From the NCBI GenBank assembly GCA_964016885.1, contig OZ024741.1:22630001-22694000 (forward strand): DNA of 64,000 nucleotides. Direction: 5' to 3'. The DNA is from Eledone cirrhosa (lineage: Eukaryota). The notes beneath the pieces are model-generated. The model did not search any database and was not told the origin of the DNA. It was given only the letters and a program-made list of their open reading frames with translations. This document shows positions 15,001 to 27,400 of the stretch, piece after piece (within the stretch, counting starts at the first letter, position 1; every line of letters begins with the position of its first letter). A program made the translations under genes and the position numbers.

Positions 15001-16180
15001 AAGTTGTTGACCTACAACAGTCCTACATATCCTTGGTAAGATGACAGTCTACTAGAGAATTTGTTGACCTACAACAGTCCTACATATCCTTGGTAAGATG
15101 ACAGTCTACTAGTGAAGCTGTTGACCTACAACAGTCCTACATGTCCTTGGTAAGATGACAGTCTACTAGTGAAGTTGTTGACCTACAACAGTCCTACATA
15201 TCCTTGGTAAGATGACAGTCTACTAGTGAAGTTGTTGACCTATAACAGTCCTACATATCCTTGGTAAGATGACAGTATACTAGTGAAGTTGTTGACCTAC
15301 AGCAGTCCTACATGTCCTTGGTAAGATGACAGTCTACTAGTGAAGCTGTTGACCTACAACAGTCCTACATGTCCTCTGTAAGATGACAGTCTACTAGTGA
15401 AGCTGTTGACCTACAACAGTCCTACATGTCCTTGGTAAGATGACAGTCTACTAGTGAAGTTGTTGACGTACAGCAGTCCTACATATCCTTGGTAAGATGA
15501 CAGTCTACTAGTGAAGCTGTTGACCTACAACAGTCCTACATGTCCTTGGTAAGATGACAGTCTACTAGTGAAGTTGTTGACCTACAGCAGTCCTACATAT
15601 CCTTGGTAAGATGACAGTCTACTAGTGAAGTTGTTGACCTACAACAGTCCTACATATCCTTAGTAAGATGACAGTCTACTAGTGAAGCAGTTGACCTACA
15701 ACAGTCCTACATGTCCTTGGTAAGATGACAGTCTACTATTGAAGTTCTTGACCTACAACAGTCCTACATGTCCTTGATAAGATGACAGTCTACTAGTGAA
15801 GTTGTTGACCTACAACAGTCCTACATATCCTTGGTAAGATGACAGTCTACTAGTGAAGTTGTTGACCTACAGCAGTCCTACATGTCCTTGGTAAGATGAC
15901 AATCTACTAGTGAAGTTGTTGACCTACAACAGTCCTACATATCCTTGGTAAGATGACAGTCTACTAGTGAAGTTGTTGACCTACAGTAGTCCTACATATC
16001 CTTGGTAAGATGACAGTCTACTAGTGAAGTTGTTGACCTACAACAGTCCTACATGTCCTTGGTAAGATGACAGTCTACTAGTGAAGTTGTTGACCTACAG
16101 CAGTCCTACATGTCCTTGGTAAGATGACAGTCTACTAGTGAAGTTGTTGACCTATTCTTCATCAGCAGTCCTACATATCC
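1..16180. repeat. 57-bp tandem satellite array, ~283 monomers, running off the left window edge
   Basis: Consensus ATGACAGTCTACTAGTGAAGTTGTTGACCTACA(A/G)CAGTCCTACAT(A/G)TCCTTGGTAAG recurs at 1, 58, 115, 172, 229 ... 1141. The consensus has stops in all six frames. The last monomer (~16125-16180) is degenerate. Confidence 0.99.
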
Positions 16181-16748
16181 GTGGTTATTAACTTTTTCTT
16201 CATCAGCATTTCATTTAACATATGGTTTTTCATGCTTGCATGAAATTTTGCCCATCAGTTACTGCATCCTTCTAACAGTGAGTTGCAAACACAAAAATCA
16301 TTTCTATACCATCTGTTAAATATCTACCTGTGTTTCGCTATCTAAACACATCATCATCACAACAGTAATAACAAACTTAAATGTCTAATGTCTACTACTA
16401 TGGATTACTCAACAACCATACATGGTTCCAATGCAACATTACCTACACTATATCTCATACTTCATAACTAATATTTACCTTAGTGCACCTTCTTTACACT
16501 TTCATTCAACATTTATATTGTCATAACACTAAACTTTACATACATCTCTGCACTCAGGTTTATTTATTTATTTATTTGCATTCCTGAGGCCATGCTGGGG
16601 CACTGCTACAATTTATTTCATTGCATCTTCTTGATTTTACTTTACATTGGAACTTCTTTCTTTCTCTCTTTCTTTTTTTTATCTCTCCTTCTTTCTTTCT
16701 TTCTCTCTTTCTATCTCTCTCTCCCCTTCTTTCTTTCTCTTTTTCTTA

Positions 16749-16863
16749 CTGGAGCAACATGAAATAAAGTGTTTTGCTCAAGAACACAACACACAATCCA
16801 GTTGAGGAATCGAACCAACAACATCATGTCCAACACACTTACCACTAGGCCATGTGCTTCCAC
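16749..16863 (-). mobile_element. tRNA-derived SINE, family B (partial)
   Basis: ctggagcaacatgaaataaagtgttttgctcaagaacacaac...gaatcgaacc...accactaggcc. The reverse complement has A/B-box-like motifs. Similar copies lie at ~18995-19110 (+), 21700-21835, 30050-30150, 30333-30450, 46890-47039 and 48855-48925. Confidence 0.75.
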
Positions 16864-17481
16864 AAGGTCCCCATTTAGACTTCAGAATACCAAATTGTTA
16901 TACCATTAGAATCTTAGCAGTGTATTTCCTTTGTTGTTCTTAGATCAATTTTGCTTTTCTCTTCTCAAAATCTTTTCATAATTTTTCTCCAACTAATCCT
17001 ATAGAAAATCGCTGTTAAACACAGATGATGATGATGATGATGATGCTGATGATGATATAATCACAAAAAGATGGTGGTTATTTTCACTTTTCAAACATCA
17101 CATAGTAAACTAACATTTCATGACCAGATTTCTAATGAAAAACACTGCCTAAGCTGGTGTTTGGAGCATAACTTAACCCATTTTCTTACATAAAATTAAG
17201 ATAGGTATTTAGCTAAATATAAACACTTTAAAATAAACAGCTAGTATCATTAGAACCAAAGGCAGTTTCAGGGGGTTTGGTATGAAAAGGACTAAACCAC
17301 CATAACCAACCAAACATAACTCTCATTCTGAGAAGATTGCAATATGTCATTTTTTTAAATCCAATCTAAAGACAAAATAGAACTGTTATCTAATCTAAAT
17401 AAATATAACTGACATTTCTTTATATATTTGGCCTTTATTAAGAAAATATTTTAATTCTCATAAATCCGACTGATTGAAAAC

Positions 17482-17860
17482 ATGGGTAATAGTTGTAATT
17501 GTATTCAAACCACTTTTGAAAAAGTGGTTGCACCTTTAAGCAATGTGAAGCGATCAGATTCTTTTGTAGAGGATATTGAATTTAGACTGGTAACAAGCAA
17601 TTATTATCCAAGTGACCATCAGACAGTGCCAGACAGTTGCATATGCAAAGATATTTGGCTAGACAGTGGCACATCCAGAGATATTTGGCCAGACAGTGGC
17701 ACATCCAGGGATATTTGGCAAGACAGTGGCACATCCAGAGATATTTGGCCAGACAGTGGCACATCCAGGGATATTTGGCAAGACAGTGGCACATCCAGGG
17801 ATATTTGGCAAGACAGCGGCTCATCCAGGGATATTTGGCAAGACAGGTTTCTTTATAAAG
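17482..17860 (+). CDS. Possible first coding exon: MGNSCNC... N-terminus followed by (DSGTSRDIW[P/Q])n repeats; function unknown
   Basis: ATG in context aaacATGG, then ~50 open non-repetitive codons and a 30-bp repeat. Candidate splice donors at 17847 (cag|gtttct) and 17861 (aag|gtaatg). No homology recognised, and the repeat is open in several frames, so coding status is weak. Confidence 0.3.
17631..17846 (+). repeat. 30-bp minisatellite, ~7 copies
   Basis: Unit agacagtggcacatccag(a/g)gatatttggc(c/a) starts at 17661, 17691, 17721, 17751, 17781 and 17811, plus a degenerate unit at 17631. Confidence 0.95.
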
Positions 17861-17875
17861 GTAATGTGACAGTTA

Positions 17876-18184
17876 TAATTTTACTGGTTGTCTCTGTTGA
17901 TTTTAAAAAAACCCAGAATTAATCATTTAGTTTACATATTGAGACCCCAACCATCCTATTTATTTTATAACATATGGGATTTCTAGTAATGTACTTTTTT
18001 TGTCATGTATAATGTTTTTTAATGTCTAAAGAAAATTAATTGTCACAGGAATGCTACCACTTAAAATAAAATTTCGCCGGAGATAGATTAGCAAAATTTA
18101 ATAAGGATTGGAATAAGTGCGGGGGATGAAAAAATTTGAAAAATTAATATGTGGTGTGGGTTGGTTATTCAAGACCCGAGAGTA
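17876..18184 (+). mobile_element. MITE family C (TA-flanked, imperfect TIR TACTC..GGGTC.CAAATAAT), left end missing
   Basis: Body (gtttacatattgagaccccaaccatcctatttattttataacatatgggatttctagtaatg) is shared with 35785-36073 and 45109-45476. Ends in agacccgagagta. Confidence 0.75.
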
Positions 18185-18288
18185 CATATCCTGTCATCTT
18201 AGTAAATTTAACAAACTCAATATCTATTTGAACTATACTATCACCTCAAACTTTCTATCCTAATAACGTAAAAGTAAATTTCTGTAGC

Positions 18289-19462
18289 TACTCTAGGGTC
18301 TTGAATAATGCCCTCCACTACCGCTTATTCATTTTTCAGATTTTTCTCCAACTCCCCCACTTATTAAATTTTGCTAATCTATCTCCGGTCAAATTTGGTA
18401 GTTGTAGCATTCCTACAACAATTAATTTTCTTGAGACATTAAAAAAATTATACATCAAAATTTCACAACCCCTTGACATCTATTCTATAGTGTTCAATAA
18501 AATGTTACTTAATCTTAAATACTTCATATTGAAAAGGAAATGAGACTGTAGGATTTATATATTTTCTTGATATTATGGTTTCTTATATAGGCACAAGGCC
18601 AGCAATTTGGGGGAAGGGGAAAGTCAAATAAATCGACCCCAGTCCGTGACTGGTACCTTATTTTATCGACCCCGTAATGATGAAAGGCAAAGTTAACCTC
18701 CTCGGCAGGATTTGAACTCTGATCATAAAGGGTCATAACTCTTTGCCCGCAAAGCATGGCGTCAGACCCTCTACCGATACTACCAATCTGTTGCCCTATT
18801 TTCTTGATATAATGAAATGATTACAGGATTACAGGCAGGAATAACATCTGTCAGTGTTCAAACTTTTCTATGGATATTAACATTGAATGTAAAGTGTCTT
18901 CAACCAGGAATGAAAACAAATTTTAGACTTAGTTCATCAGATTACCTCTTGTTCTATCATACTAAAGTAGATGTATATATTGGTTAGTATTTGATAGGCC
19001 AGCAGGCTCTAATGGTCAGGGTACTGGACTACCATAAAGTCATAAGTTTGATTCCTGAACCAGGCAGCTTGTTGTGTTCTGAATGACAGAACTTTACTTC
19101 ATGTTCCTCTATCTGCCAAAAGTTGTGACTAGAAGATTGTATTAGCAATGGAACAATGGAAGCACTGCTTTCTTGGTCTGATCTGATGATCAACTCCTTT
19201 TTTCTGCCAGGAGTTGTGACTAGCAGATAGTATCAGCAATGGAAAACCAATGGAAACACTGTTTCATTGGTCTGATCTGATGATCAAGTCCTTTCTTCTG
19301 CCAACATTTGTGACTAAGAATATTAATACTTAAAATAGAATTTTCCCTAAGATAGATTATCAAAATTAATAAGTGAGGCAGTTGGAATAAGAGCGGGACT
19401 GAAAAAACATCTGAAAAATTAATAAGCGAAGGAGGGAGGGGGGAATTCGAGACTTGAGAGTA
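18289..19462. mobile_element. Family C-like termini in inverted orientation enclosing SINE insertions
   Basis: 18289 tactctagggtcttgaataa...aattttgctaatctatct is the reverse complement of the family C right end, and 19330-19462 is another right end (...gagacttgagagta). SINEs at 18575-18797 and ~18995-19110 and a ~98-bp tandem duplication (19121-19318) lie between them. Confidence 0.5.
18575..18797 (-). mobile_element. tRNA-derived SINE, family A (longer variant)
   Basis: The minus strand reads tggtagtatcggt (A-box-like)...gagttcaaatcc (B box)...ctttgcctttcatc..ggggtcgataaaataaggtacc...ggccttgtgcc. Confidence 0.85.
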
Positions 19463-19464
19463 GT

Positions 19465-20345
19465 GCAATTAAAGTTCTGCTCGGACTTCCCAGAAAAGAT
19501 TTGACTGAGACCAGTATCGCAGAGTTGATGTTGAGTGCTGCATGGTTGAAGTGGAGGTTGGCGCTGCGAAAGCTGGGACGCTCGTCCTTTCAAGGAACCC
19601 TTTCCAGTGCATTTTACATGTGAATGGAATTCCAATGAAGCAGGTAGAGAAGTTTAATTATCTTGGAGCTGTGTTCATGAGTAATAGAAGACAGTTGGCT
19701 GAATTAAGTGCAAGAATTGCAGGAGCTGGTGCATTAATGTGCCAGCTCCAGCATCCAGTAATAAGAATAAGGGAGGGAGGCATAAAATCCAAACTCACTA
19801 TCTTCAATTCAGTATTCGTGACAACCCTATGGTCTTGGGTAATGACCAAAAGAATATGATCGCGAATACAAGCAGCTGAAATGGAGGTTCCCCAAAGGGT
19901 TTTTGGAGTAATGTTACTCAATAAAGTGCATAGCTTGGAGATCAGAGAGTCACTCTATTTAGAGTCGCTACTTCTCCGAATGGAGAGATCACAGGTCCAA
20001 TATTATGGGTATGTTGTTAGAATGTCTCAGGAAAGAATCACTGGATAGATTTTACAGGCAAAACCAACTGGCAGGAGACCTAGGGGTAGACCCCGAGCAA
20101 AATGGTTGGATAACACCCATGAGCTTGGCTTGCTTGGGGATCTAGCTGGATCAGTTGGAGATTGTTACTTCTGACAGGACCTGCTGGAAGGAGTGTTTGA
20201 GGACTCTGCCCCCCACGACCCTCTCAGGAATAAGTGGTAGAAGAAGAAGAAGAAGAAGAAGAAGAAGAAGAAGAATGTAGAAGAAGAAGAAGAAGAAGAA
20301 GAAGAAGAAGAAGAAGAAGAAGAAGAAGAAGAAGAAGAAGAAGAA
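19465..20345 (+). pseudogene. 5'-truncated, degenerate RTE-clade (Expander-like) LINE 3' end with (GAA)n tail
   Basis: Translation QVEKFNYLGAVF...ELSARIAGAGALM...KSKLTIFNSVFVTTL..WVMT..IQAAEM matches the RTE RT C-terminus. A GRRPRGRPR motif lies near 20070. (GAA)n runs 20240-20345. Confidence 0.85.
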
Positions 20346-20599
20346 TTTAAAAACAGCAACTAATGTGTTGTTTTACACAAAAGAACTATTGTTAATATGG
20401 CATATTTATTACCAGACACACCCTAAGTTTCAAGTATATAGAATATATTTAGCTTAATATACATAGTTTAGAATCATCTTTTAACCCTCTTCATATCAAC
20501 ATACCTGTTGCTATGGGATACACAACAGCTTCTTTTAAAATCTTTTTCCTTATATTAAATCTTCCATCATAATTTTCTCTTTTAAAGCCATTTTACTTA

Positions 20600-21200
20600 C
20601 TGTATTTCCCGGTGCCAAAGACACTTCATCCCCGACGACGCACCCTAATTTTGACAACCAAAAATTAAAAAATAAAAATTGTTTCTACTTTTGGCACAAG
20701 GCCAGCAATTATTCCAGTATATTACTGGTACTTTATTTTATCGACTCCATAAGGATGAAAGGCAAAGTTAACCTCGGCGGGATTTGAACTGAGACCATAA
20801 AGGGCCGTAACTCTTTGCTGCAAAGCATGGCGTCCGACCCTCTACCGATACTGCCAATCCACCGCCTTTTAAAAAAAATAATTGTTTCTACTTTAGGCAC
20901 AAGGCCAGCAATTACCCAGTGCATTACTGGTACTTTATTTTATCGACCCCGTAAGGATGAAAGGCATTACTGGTACTTTATTTTATCGACCCCGTAAGGA
21001 TAGTCAACCTCGGCGGGATTTGAACTCAGATCGTAAAGGGACGTAACTATGCTGGAAAGCATGGCGTCCGACCCTCTACCGATACTGCCAATCCACCTTT
21101 TAAAAAAAATAATAAACAGCCTTCAGTCACCAGGACGCATGGTAGATTTTTGAGACTTATTTTAGGAAAAAAGTAGCGTCTTTGACGCTGGGAAATACAG
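20600..21200. mobile_element. Tc1/mariner-superfamily MITE with TA target duplication, containing two nested SINE A copies
   Basis: TA|CTGTATTTCCCGGTGCCAAAGAC ... GTCTTTGACGCTGGGAAATACAG|TA, giving ~23-bp imperfect TIRs. SINE A copies at 20678-20867 and 20878-21097. Confidence 0.8.
20678..21097 (-). mobile_element. Two tandem SINE family A copies, the second with an internal duplication
   Basis: aattgtttctacttt.ggcacaaggccagcaatt...gatttgaact...cctctaccgatactgccaatccacc occurs twice. The segment gcattactggtactttattttatcgaccccgtaaggat is duplicated at 20921 and 20964. Confidence 0.9.
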
Positions 21201-21299
21201 TATATTAAACTTTCCATCATAATTTTATGAACGTTTTGTTGAGTTATGTTCCAGACATTAACTCTCTGTGACCAAATCTCAAACATCCGAGAACAATGC

Positions 21300-21598
21300 C
21301 AGCAACAGTCAACCACTGAAGACTAAATCTGGCAATGCAGGCTACACTGGTTTGGTGACATCTGAAGGATGAGCACTGGATGACTACCACACCAACTTTT
21401 GTCATGACAGCGACCCATGCACTGGAGAATCCAGTGCAGTGCACCAAAGAAAGCATAGGTGAAATAAATCATCATCTTCAGAATCCATCATCCAGAGGCA
21501 CCCACTACAGTACAATGGCTGAGAGGACAGACTCTCCCAATCACTGCTAGGGATAGAAGACAAAGAAGAAGAAGAAGAAGAAGAAGAAGAAGAAGAAG

Positions 21599-21633
<35 letters not shown>

Positions 21634-21634
21634 C
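21300..21634 (+). mobile_element. Degenerate LINE-like 3' end with (GAA)n(CAA)n tail
   Basis: A reverse-oriented homolog at ~40593-40848 shares acttttgtca.gacagc, catgcactggagaatcca.tgcagt.caccaaagaa and gctagggatagaaga. Confidence 0.6.
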
Positions 21635-21905
21635 TTCATCATAAAATGTTATTTTAATGAATCAGGTCACCAGTCCATCACAGGGTTAAACCTCCAGCTA
21701 CTGCTGGTACTCATTTTCAGCTGAATATACTGGAACAACTTGAAATGAAGTGTTTTGCTCAAGAACACAACCCAACCTATGAATCAAAGCCATGATATTA
21801 TGGTTGTACCCTTACCACTAGCCCACTTGTCTCCATACCTGAAAAATCTGACAGGTCCCTAGTCATTGCAGAACACCTAGGCTTTCAACTAGTCGGTCTT
21901 ATGTA

Positions 21906-22092
21906 TAATTGTTTCTACTTTTGGCACAAGGCCAGCAATTATCCCAGTGCATGACTGGTACTTTATTTTATCGACCCTGTAAGGATGAAAGGCAAAGTTA
22001 ACCTCGGAGGGATTTGAACTCAGATCATAAAGGGCCGCAACTCTATGCTGCAAAGCATGGCATCCGACCTTCTACCGATACTGCCAATCCAC
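21906..22092 (-). mobile_element. SINE family A
   Basis: Full-length match to the other family A copies. Confidence 0.9.
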
Positions 22093-22607
22093 TTATGTCT
22101 AATACTACCTTACATAATGACTAATTGTTTCAGAGTTTTATGAATAGTTGATTGAAACAGTTCTGGAACACAACTGGTATTTAGTTTCTGACTCCCCAAA
22201 ATGATGAAAGGCAATGTTGATCTAAAGAGGATTGAACATAAAATGTAACCAATAACAAACAGGAGGAGGAAAGTAAATACTCTAGGGTGATTAAACTAAC
22301 ATCATTAGAGTATAATTATATTGAAAACAAACAAAAAAGAATCTATCCATCTGTATCTATCTATCTACCTATCTACCTATCTCTCTTTACGATGGACACA
22401 TGTGCTGAGCTCGCTCGGTAAGTTTTTGTTTAAATTCATACGGAAATTGTAAACTGTAAACTTTCATTTTTGTACCATTTTGTAGAGGGACTGCCAGGTC
22501 AAATTTTGATCTGGTCGGTCTCTCAAAATATTCTGCGCCTTTGGGCGAAATAGTATTGTGAACATTTTATCTTTCGAAAAACTTCGAAAAACCCTATTTT
22601 GAGAAAA

Positions 22608-24465
22608 ATGGCTGAAGCATCTTCACCATCAATCAAAGAAGGAAAGGGGAAGTCATACTCACAGCTTCCCCCTGCCACTGTCACAGCAGCAGATGCCAAA
22701 GGCAGAGGTCAGAGAGAGGAAGAATTGTCTTCACCTGTTGACCGACCACTCGATGTAGCCACAACTACACAAGAATTTGAAAACAACAACAACAACAACG
22801 ACAACAACAGCAACAGTAAAGACAACAAAAACAACAACAACACAAACGTCACAAGTATCCACACACCAAACGAGAAAGACAACAACAACAACAAAGATGA
22901 AAACAACTCAAACGACGAGAAACAAAACAATACTAAAATCCAAAGCGAAAACAAAATATCTTTTGCACAAACGGCTAAATTATCAGTCGCGTATGTGCTT
23001 GAAGATATTTCAAAAGCAAAAGAAATGCTGGAAAAAGCCAAGAAATATGTATCTTTTGGCGAAAACGGTTCGTTTTCTATACATTCACCTCCAGAACTAA
23101 AAAAACAGACGGAATTACGAACTGTCGTATTCCGAACAATTTTAAATAAAACAAAAAAACCAGCGCAACCATCTCAAGCTGAAATTCAGTTAGTCTTGAA
23201 AGACGCGATGAGAGACATCAATTTTATACAAAAGGATAAACTCTATGGGAGTTTATCCATATTGATGAAAGACGAATTGGCGGCGAAAAAATACTCTGTG
23301 TCGCCAATTCGTTCCACACACTACACCTTCTTCCCCACCTACATGGGTAAAAAAACCCAGAGGATATGGATAACCACCATCACCCCAAACATAAACTACT
23401 GGTGGTTACTAACCGGTTTCCTCAATTTAGACGAGGACAACCTCGTTTCAATAGGGAAGGCATCCGGCGATGCGTTCAGTGGAACGAGCATCGAAGTTCT
23501 GACCCAAATAAGGCCAGAATGCATCGCCCAAATCCCTGAGCGCGTCATGCTGGATGACCGTACCCACCTCAACATTATTGTGGAGGGTAGGCGTCCCTCC
23601 TGTTACCTCTGTGGCAATAGAGGTCACCTGAGGGCTGCCTGTCCACAGCTCACACAGAAAAAAATACTGCTACCAACACCAACACCACCCCAACAACAAC
23701 AACAAAAACAACCACAACAACAACAACAACAACAACAAAAACCAACAACACCACCACCACCACAACAACAACAACAACAAACACGTGAAAAAATAACACA
23801 GAATACTGTCCCACCCAATCCCTCCCCACCCAAAACAAATACAAAAACACACACCGCAAACACTACCAGAAAACATACCCCTCCCACCCAACAAGGAAGA
23901 CGAACCCCTTTCGTCGCAAGACGAAAAAGATCCCTTACCAACAAGTAAAAAGAAAGAAGAGGAGACGCACCACAGACACACATGTTAACTTTAACCCCCC
24001 CCCCCCAAGAGAACACAAACTACACACAAACACCCCTCCCCGTCACACAACACTAACTGCTACACAAAAAAAGACCTTACAATATACATACATGAACATA
24101 GACAACAAAGAATTACGGAAAACAATTTCAGCAAACCCTTCGGTCCAAACTGAAGGGCCAAACTTTATAACTGCTGTGGGACTACCTCATTTGAAAATGA
24201 TAAAAGTCCCAATGCACTTGTACAAAACACTGAAAATAAATTTCACGGAGGACGTGGGCCCCCCCCCCCCTGCGCCAAACCAATCAACCGCGTCCTCCTA
24301 AAAAATTCCCCCCCCCCCCACCCAGACACCCACTCAACCACAAACACCCCAACCCCACAACACACCGATGCCCCTTCACTTCCACAAACCACCACCCCAC
24401 CCAACAACCCATCCCCAACCAGCATGGAAATTGAGCGGCCCGTTTCCCGGGACGCAGAGAGGTAA
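22608..24465 (+). pseudogene. Tx1-like ORF1 (gag-like nucleic-acid-binding protein with zinc knuckle); open to 23948, C-terminus frameshifted
   Basis: MAEASSP... with N-rich and P/Q-rich linkers and the motif VEGRRPSCYLCGNRGHLRAACP (CX2CX4HX4C). Fragments continue across C/A homopolymers to MEIERPVSRDAER* ending at 24465. Confidence 0.8.
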
Positions 24466-24489
24466 GTGCCTTTTCTCTTTACCACCAAC

Positions 24490-27400
24490 ATGGCTGTGCT
24501 AAGAGTAGGGTGTCTAAATGAGCGTGGCCTGGGCTCATCTTGGAAGCAAGCAATGCTTCTAAATGACCTCAGGTCACAATCTATAAATGTGATGGTTATC
24601 TGCGAGGCCCGGATCAGCAACATGCGGCAGCTAGCCCCCACCTTTGATGACTTTGAGATGCACGCATCTCTCTGTCAGCCCGGAGGTGGGGGTGGGGTTG
24701 TCATTCTGCTGCAAAAACATATGGGCCTTGCAACACAGATAGTTCACTTGGACCCAGGGGGTCGACTGGTGGTGCTGGACCTTGGCAGTGGTGAAGGTAG
24801 AGCCTTTAGGCTGGTAGCCGCATATGCCCCTTTTGGGACAGAGCGGCCCGACTTTTTCCAGCGTCTGGAGTCCTTTCTAGGGACGTCCCGTTCCCTGCTT
24901 TTAGTGGGGGATTGGAATGGTATCCTGGATGCACGTTGGGACTATGCAGGGGCATGTCCCGATAGAGAGGGGTGCAACAGCCTCAAGGGGTTACTCGGCC
25001 GATTTGACCTGGCCGATAGATTTCGACTAGATTTTCCGACGGTGCCAACCTGGTCTTGGTCAAATCGCAGCGGATCATCTAGGTCGTACCTAGATAGATT
25101 TTTAGTTAGAAATAAGGACAGGGACTTTTTAAGTTGTCCAGAAATGCTCATGGTTGGCTATTCAGACCACAAGTTGGTGACCTGCATGGTCAACCTTGAT
25201 AGAACGCATAGACAGGGCCCCGGATACTGGAAGCTCAACTTGTCCTTGCCGGCAAGTAGAGCCTACAGGGATCGGATTAGTACGTTAGTTAAGGAACGGT
25301 TGACTGGAGCGATCGTCAACAGCAGGTGGTGGGTATCTCTAAAGAGAGAGATTAGAGTAGTCTCGATAGAATTTAGTAAGGTTCTAGCTGCGGATAGGAA
25401 TAGGAAGGAAAGGGAGCTAATAGATAGAGTAGAAGAGGCAATTAGAAGCGGCGACGTGGCCAGAGTGCTAGCGTCGAGAACGGCTTTGAGCCAGCTTTCG
25501 ACGCCAAGCACGAAGGCTGCGTTGTCCGAAGTAAAATACGTGCTCTAGGGAACGAGGGGACCAAAGCTGTTAGCTGGGCCCGAGTGACAGAGGCCAACAG
25601 TGGAACTAAATCTACCATCCGGTCTTTGCGAGACCTGGATGGACGGGCGATTCTTGAGCCTAAGCAGATGTGTGAGGCTTTTCAAAGGCACTTTGCCCGA
25701 CTGTTCGGGAGGGGCGGGGAGCTGGTTGGGAACGTGGACTTCGGTCCATACCTCGACGGCCTGCCGCGCCTCTCGGACAGGGAGGCGAAGTCCTGCGAGG
25801 AGCCGATTTCGGCCGCGGAGATAGAGGACGTGCTGAGCCAATGCGGCAAACGCAAATCCCCGGGTCTCGTTGGTCTTCCTTACGAATTATATCTAGCTAT
25901 GCCGGACTTGTTCCCCGATCTCCTCGAGGCGGTCTACTGCAACTGGCAACAGAACGGAAGAATTCCCTGTACTGTGACCAAGGGCGTAGTCATGCTAGTG
26001 AGGAAGGACGAGAACAAGGGGGACGAAATAAGTAACTTCAGGCCCATAACTCTGCTAAATACAGAGTTACAGATTTTGGCCAAGGTGTTAGCAAAGAGGT
26101 TGGTGCTTGTCGTGGGCAACCTGGTGGGAGATGCGCAGACATGTGCTATCCCGTCCAGGTCCATCCACGACAACCTCCACCTCATGCGATACATCATAGA
26201 GAGGGTTGGGAACGAACCCGGCTTTGGTGGGGCCCCGATCAACTTGGATCAATCTAAGGCGTTCGATAGGGTCGACCATGGTTACCTGGATGCGGTGCTA
26301 GCGGCGGCAGGCTTCGGACCCGTTTTCAGGGGCTGGATCAATGCCATGCACAGCAGTCGCATCTGCTCTAGGGTCAAGGTGAACGGCTACTTCTCGGAGC
26401 CGTTCGAAATCGCGCGGTCCATCCGACAGGGGTGCCCTCTCTCCTCCCTTCTGTATGTAATGACTCTAGAGCCACTGCTGCGGAAGTTGGAGTTGTTGCA
26501 GGGCATCCCGTTGGAACCGGGATTGCGGAAAGCGGTGTCGGCCTACGCCGATGACGTAACAGTAATGGTGTCGACGGCCTCGGAAATCGGGGCGATCGGC
26601 ACCTTACTGGAGGAGTACGAAAGGTTTACAGGGGCTAAGCTGAACCGGGACAAGTCGATCGGTCTGCAACTCGGCACGTGGAGGAGAAGATCGATGCCCT
26701 CCGATGGTGTCGTCGGGCGCTAGACGGAGGGCCCGGTGAAGTTACTCGGGGTCTGGTTCTGACCAGACCTCCAGGTGGAGAAGAACTGGGGTGAGGTAAT
26801 GAACAGGGTGTTTGCACTGACCCAGAAGTGGGCCGAGTGCAAACTGTCCCTGAAAGGTCGGACGGAGGTAGTGAACACTTATATAGCGTCCGTCATCTAC
26901 TACCGCCTGACCGTCGTGCCTTGCCCAAGGGAAACGCTTGCCAATATGGAGCGCGCACTCTTCCAATTACTTTGGAAGAAGCGCCCTCCTATGGTGAGGA
27001 GATCCATCTGCTGCCAACAACCTTCGAAAGGAGGGCTGGGAATGCCGTGGTTGATGATACGTAAACACGCATTAAGGCTACGGCACCTCCAGGTATTCCT
27101 CACCGGTCAACCGGTGTGGGCTCCGTTTGTGAGGCGAGCCTTTCCCAGACTCGTCTCACTCACCGAGCTGCAATCCTGGGTCAAGCAAAGACCGAGAAAA
27201 CTGGGCGCCTGGCACACCGAGTGTGCTCAGGCGCTCGCGGCTCTCTGGCAGGCGGACCCGGCTGTCAGTGAAGAATCCACCTCGTCATTCTATAGAGGGC
27301 TCATGCTTAGCAGGTGCGACAACGCCCTCAGAGAAGCCCTAGGCAAGACGAACTGGCCAACCTGTTCGGTAGGACATTCAGCCCGGGACCCATGGATAAC

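Noticed and set aside
1-16154. 57-bp (19-codon) repeat as a repetitive protein gene or CRISPR array
   Set aside because: The consensus monomer has stop codons in all six frames. There are no unique spacers or cas genes, and the context is eukaryotic.
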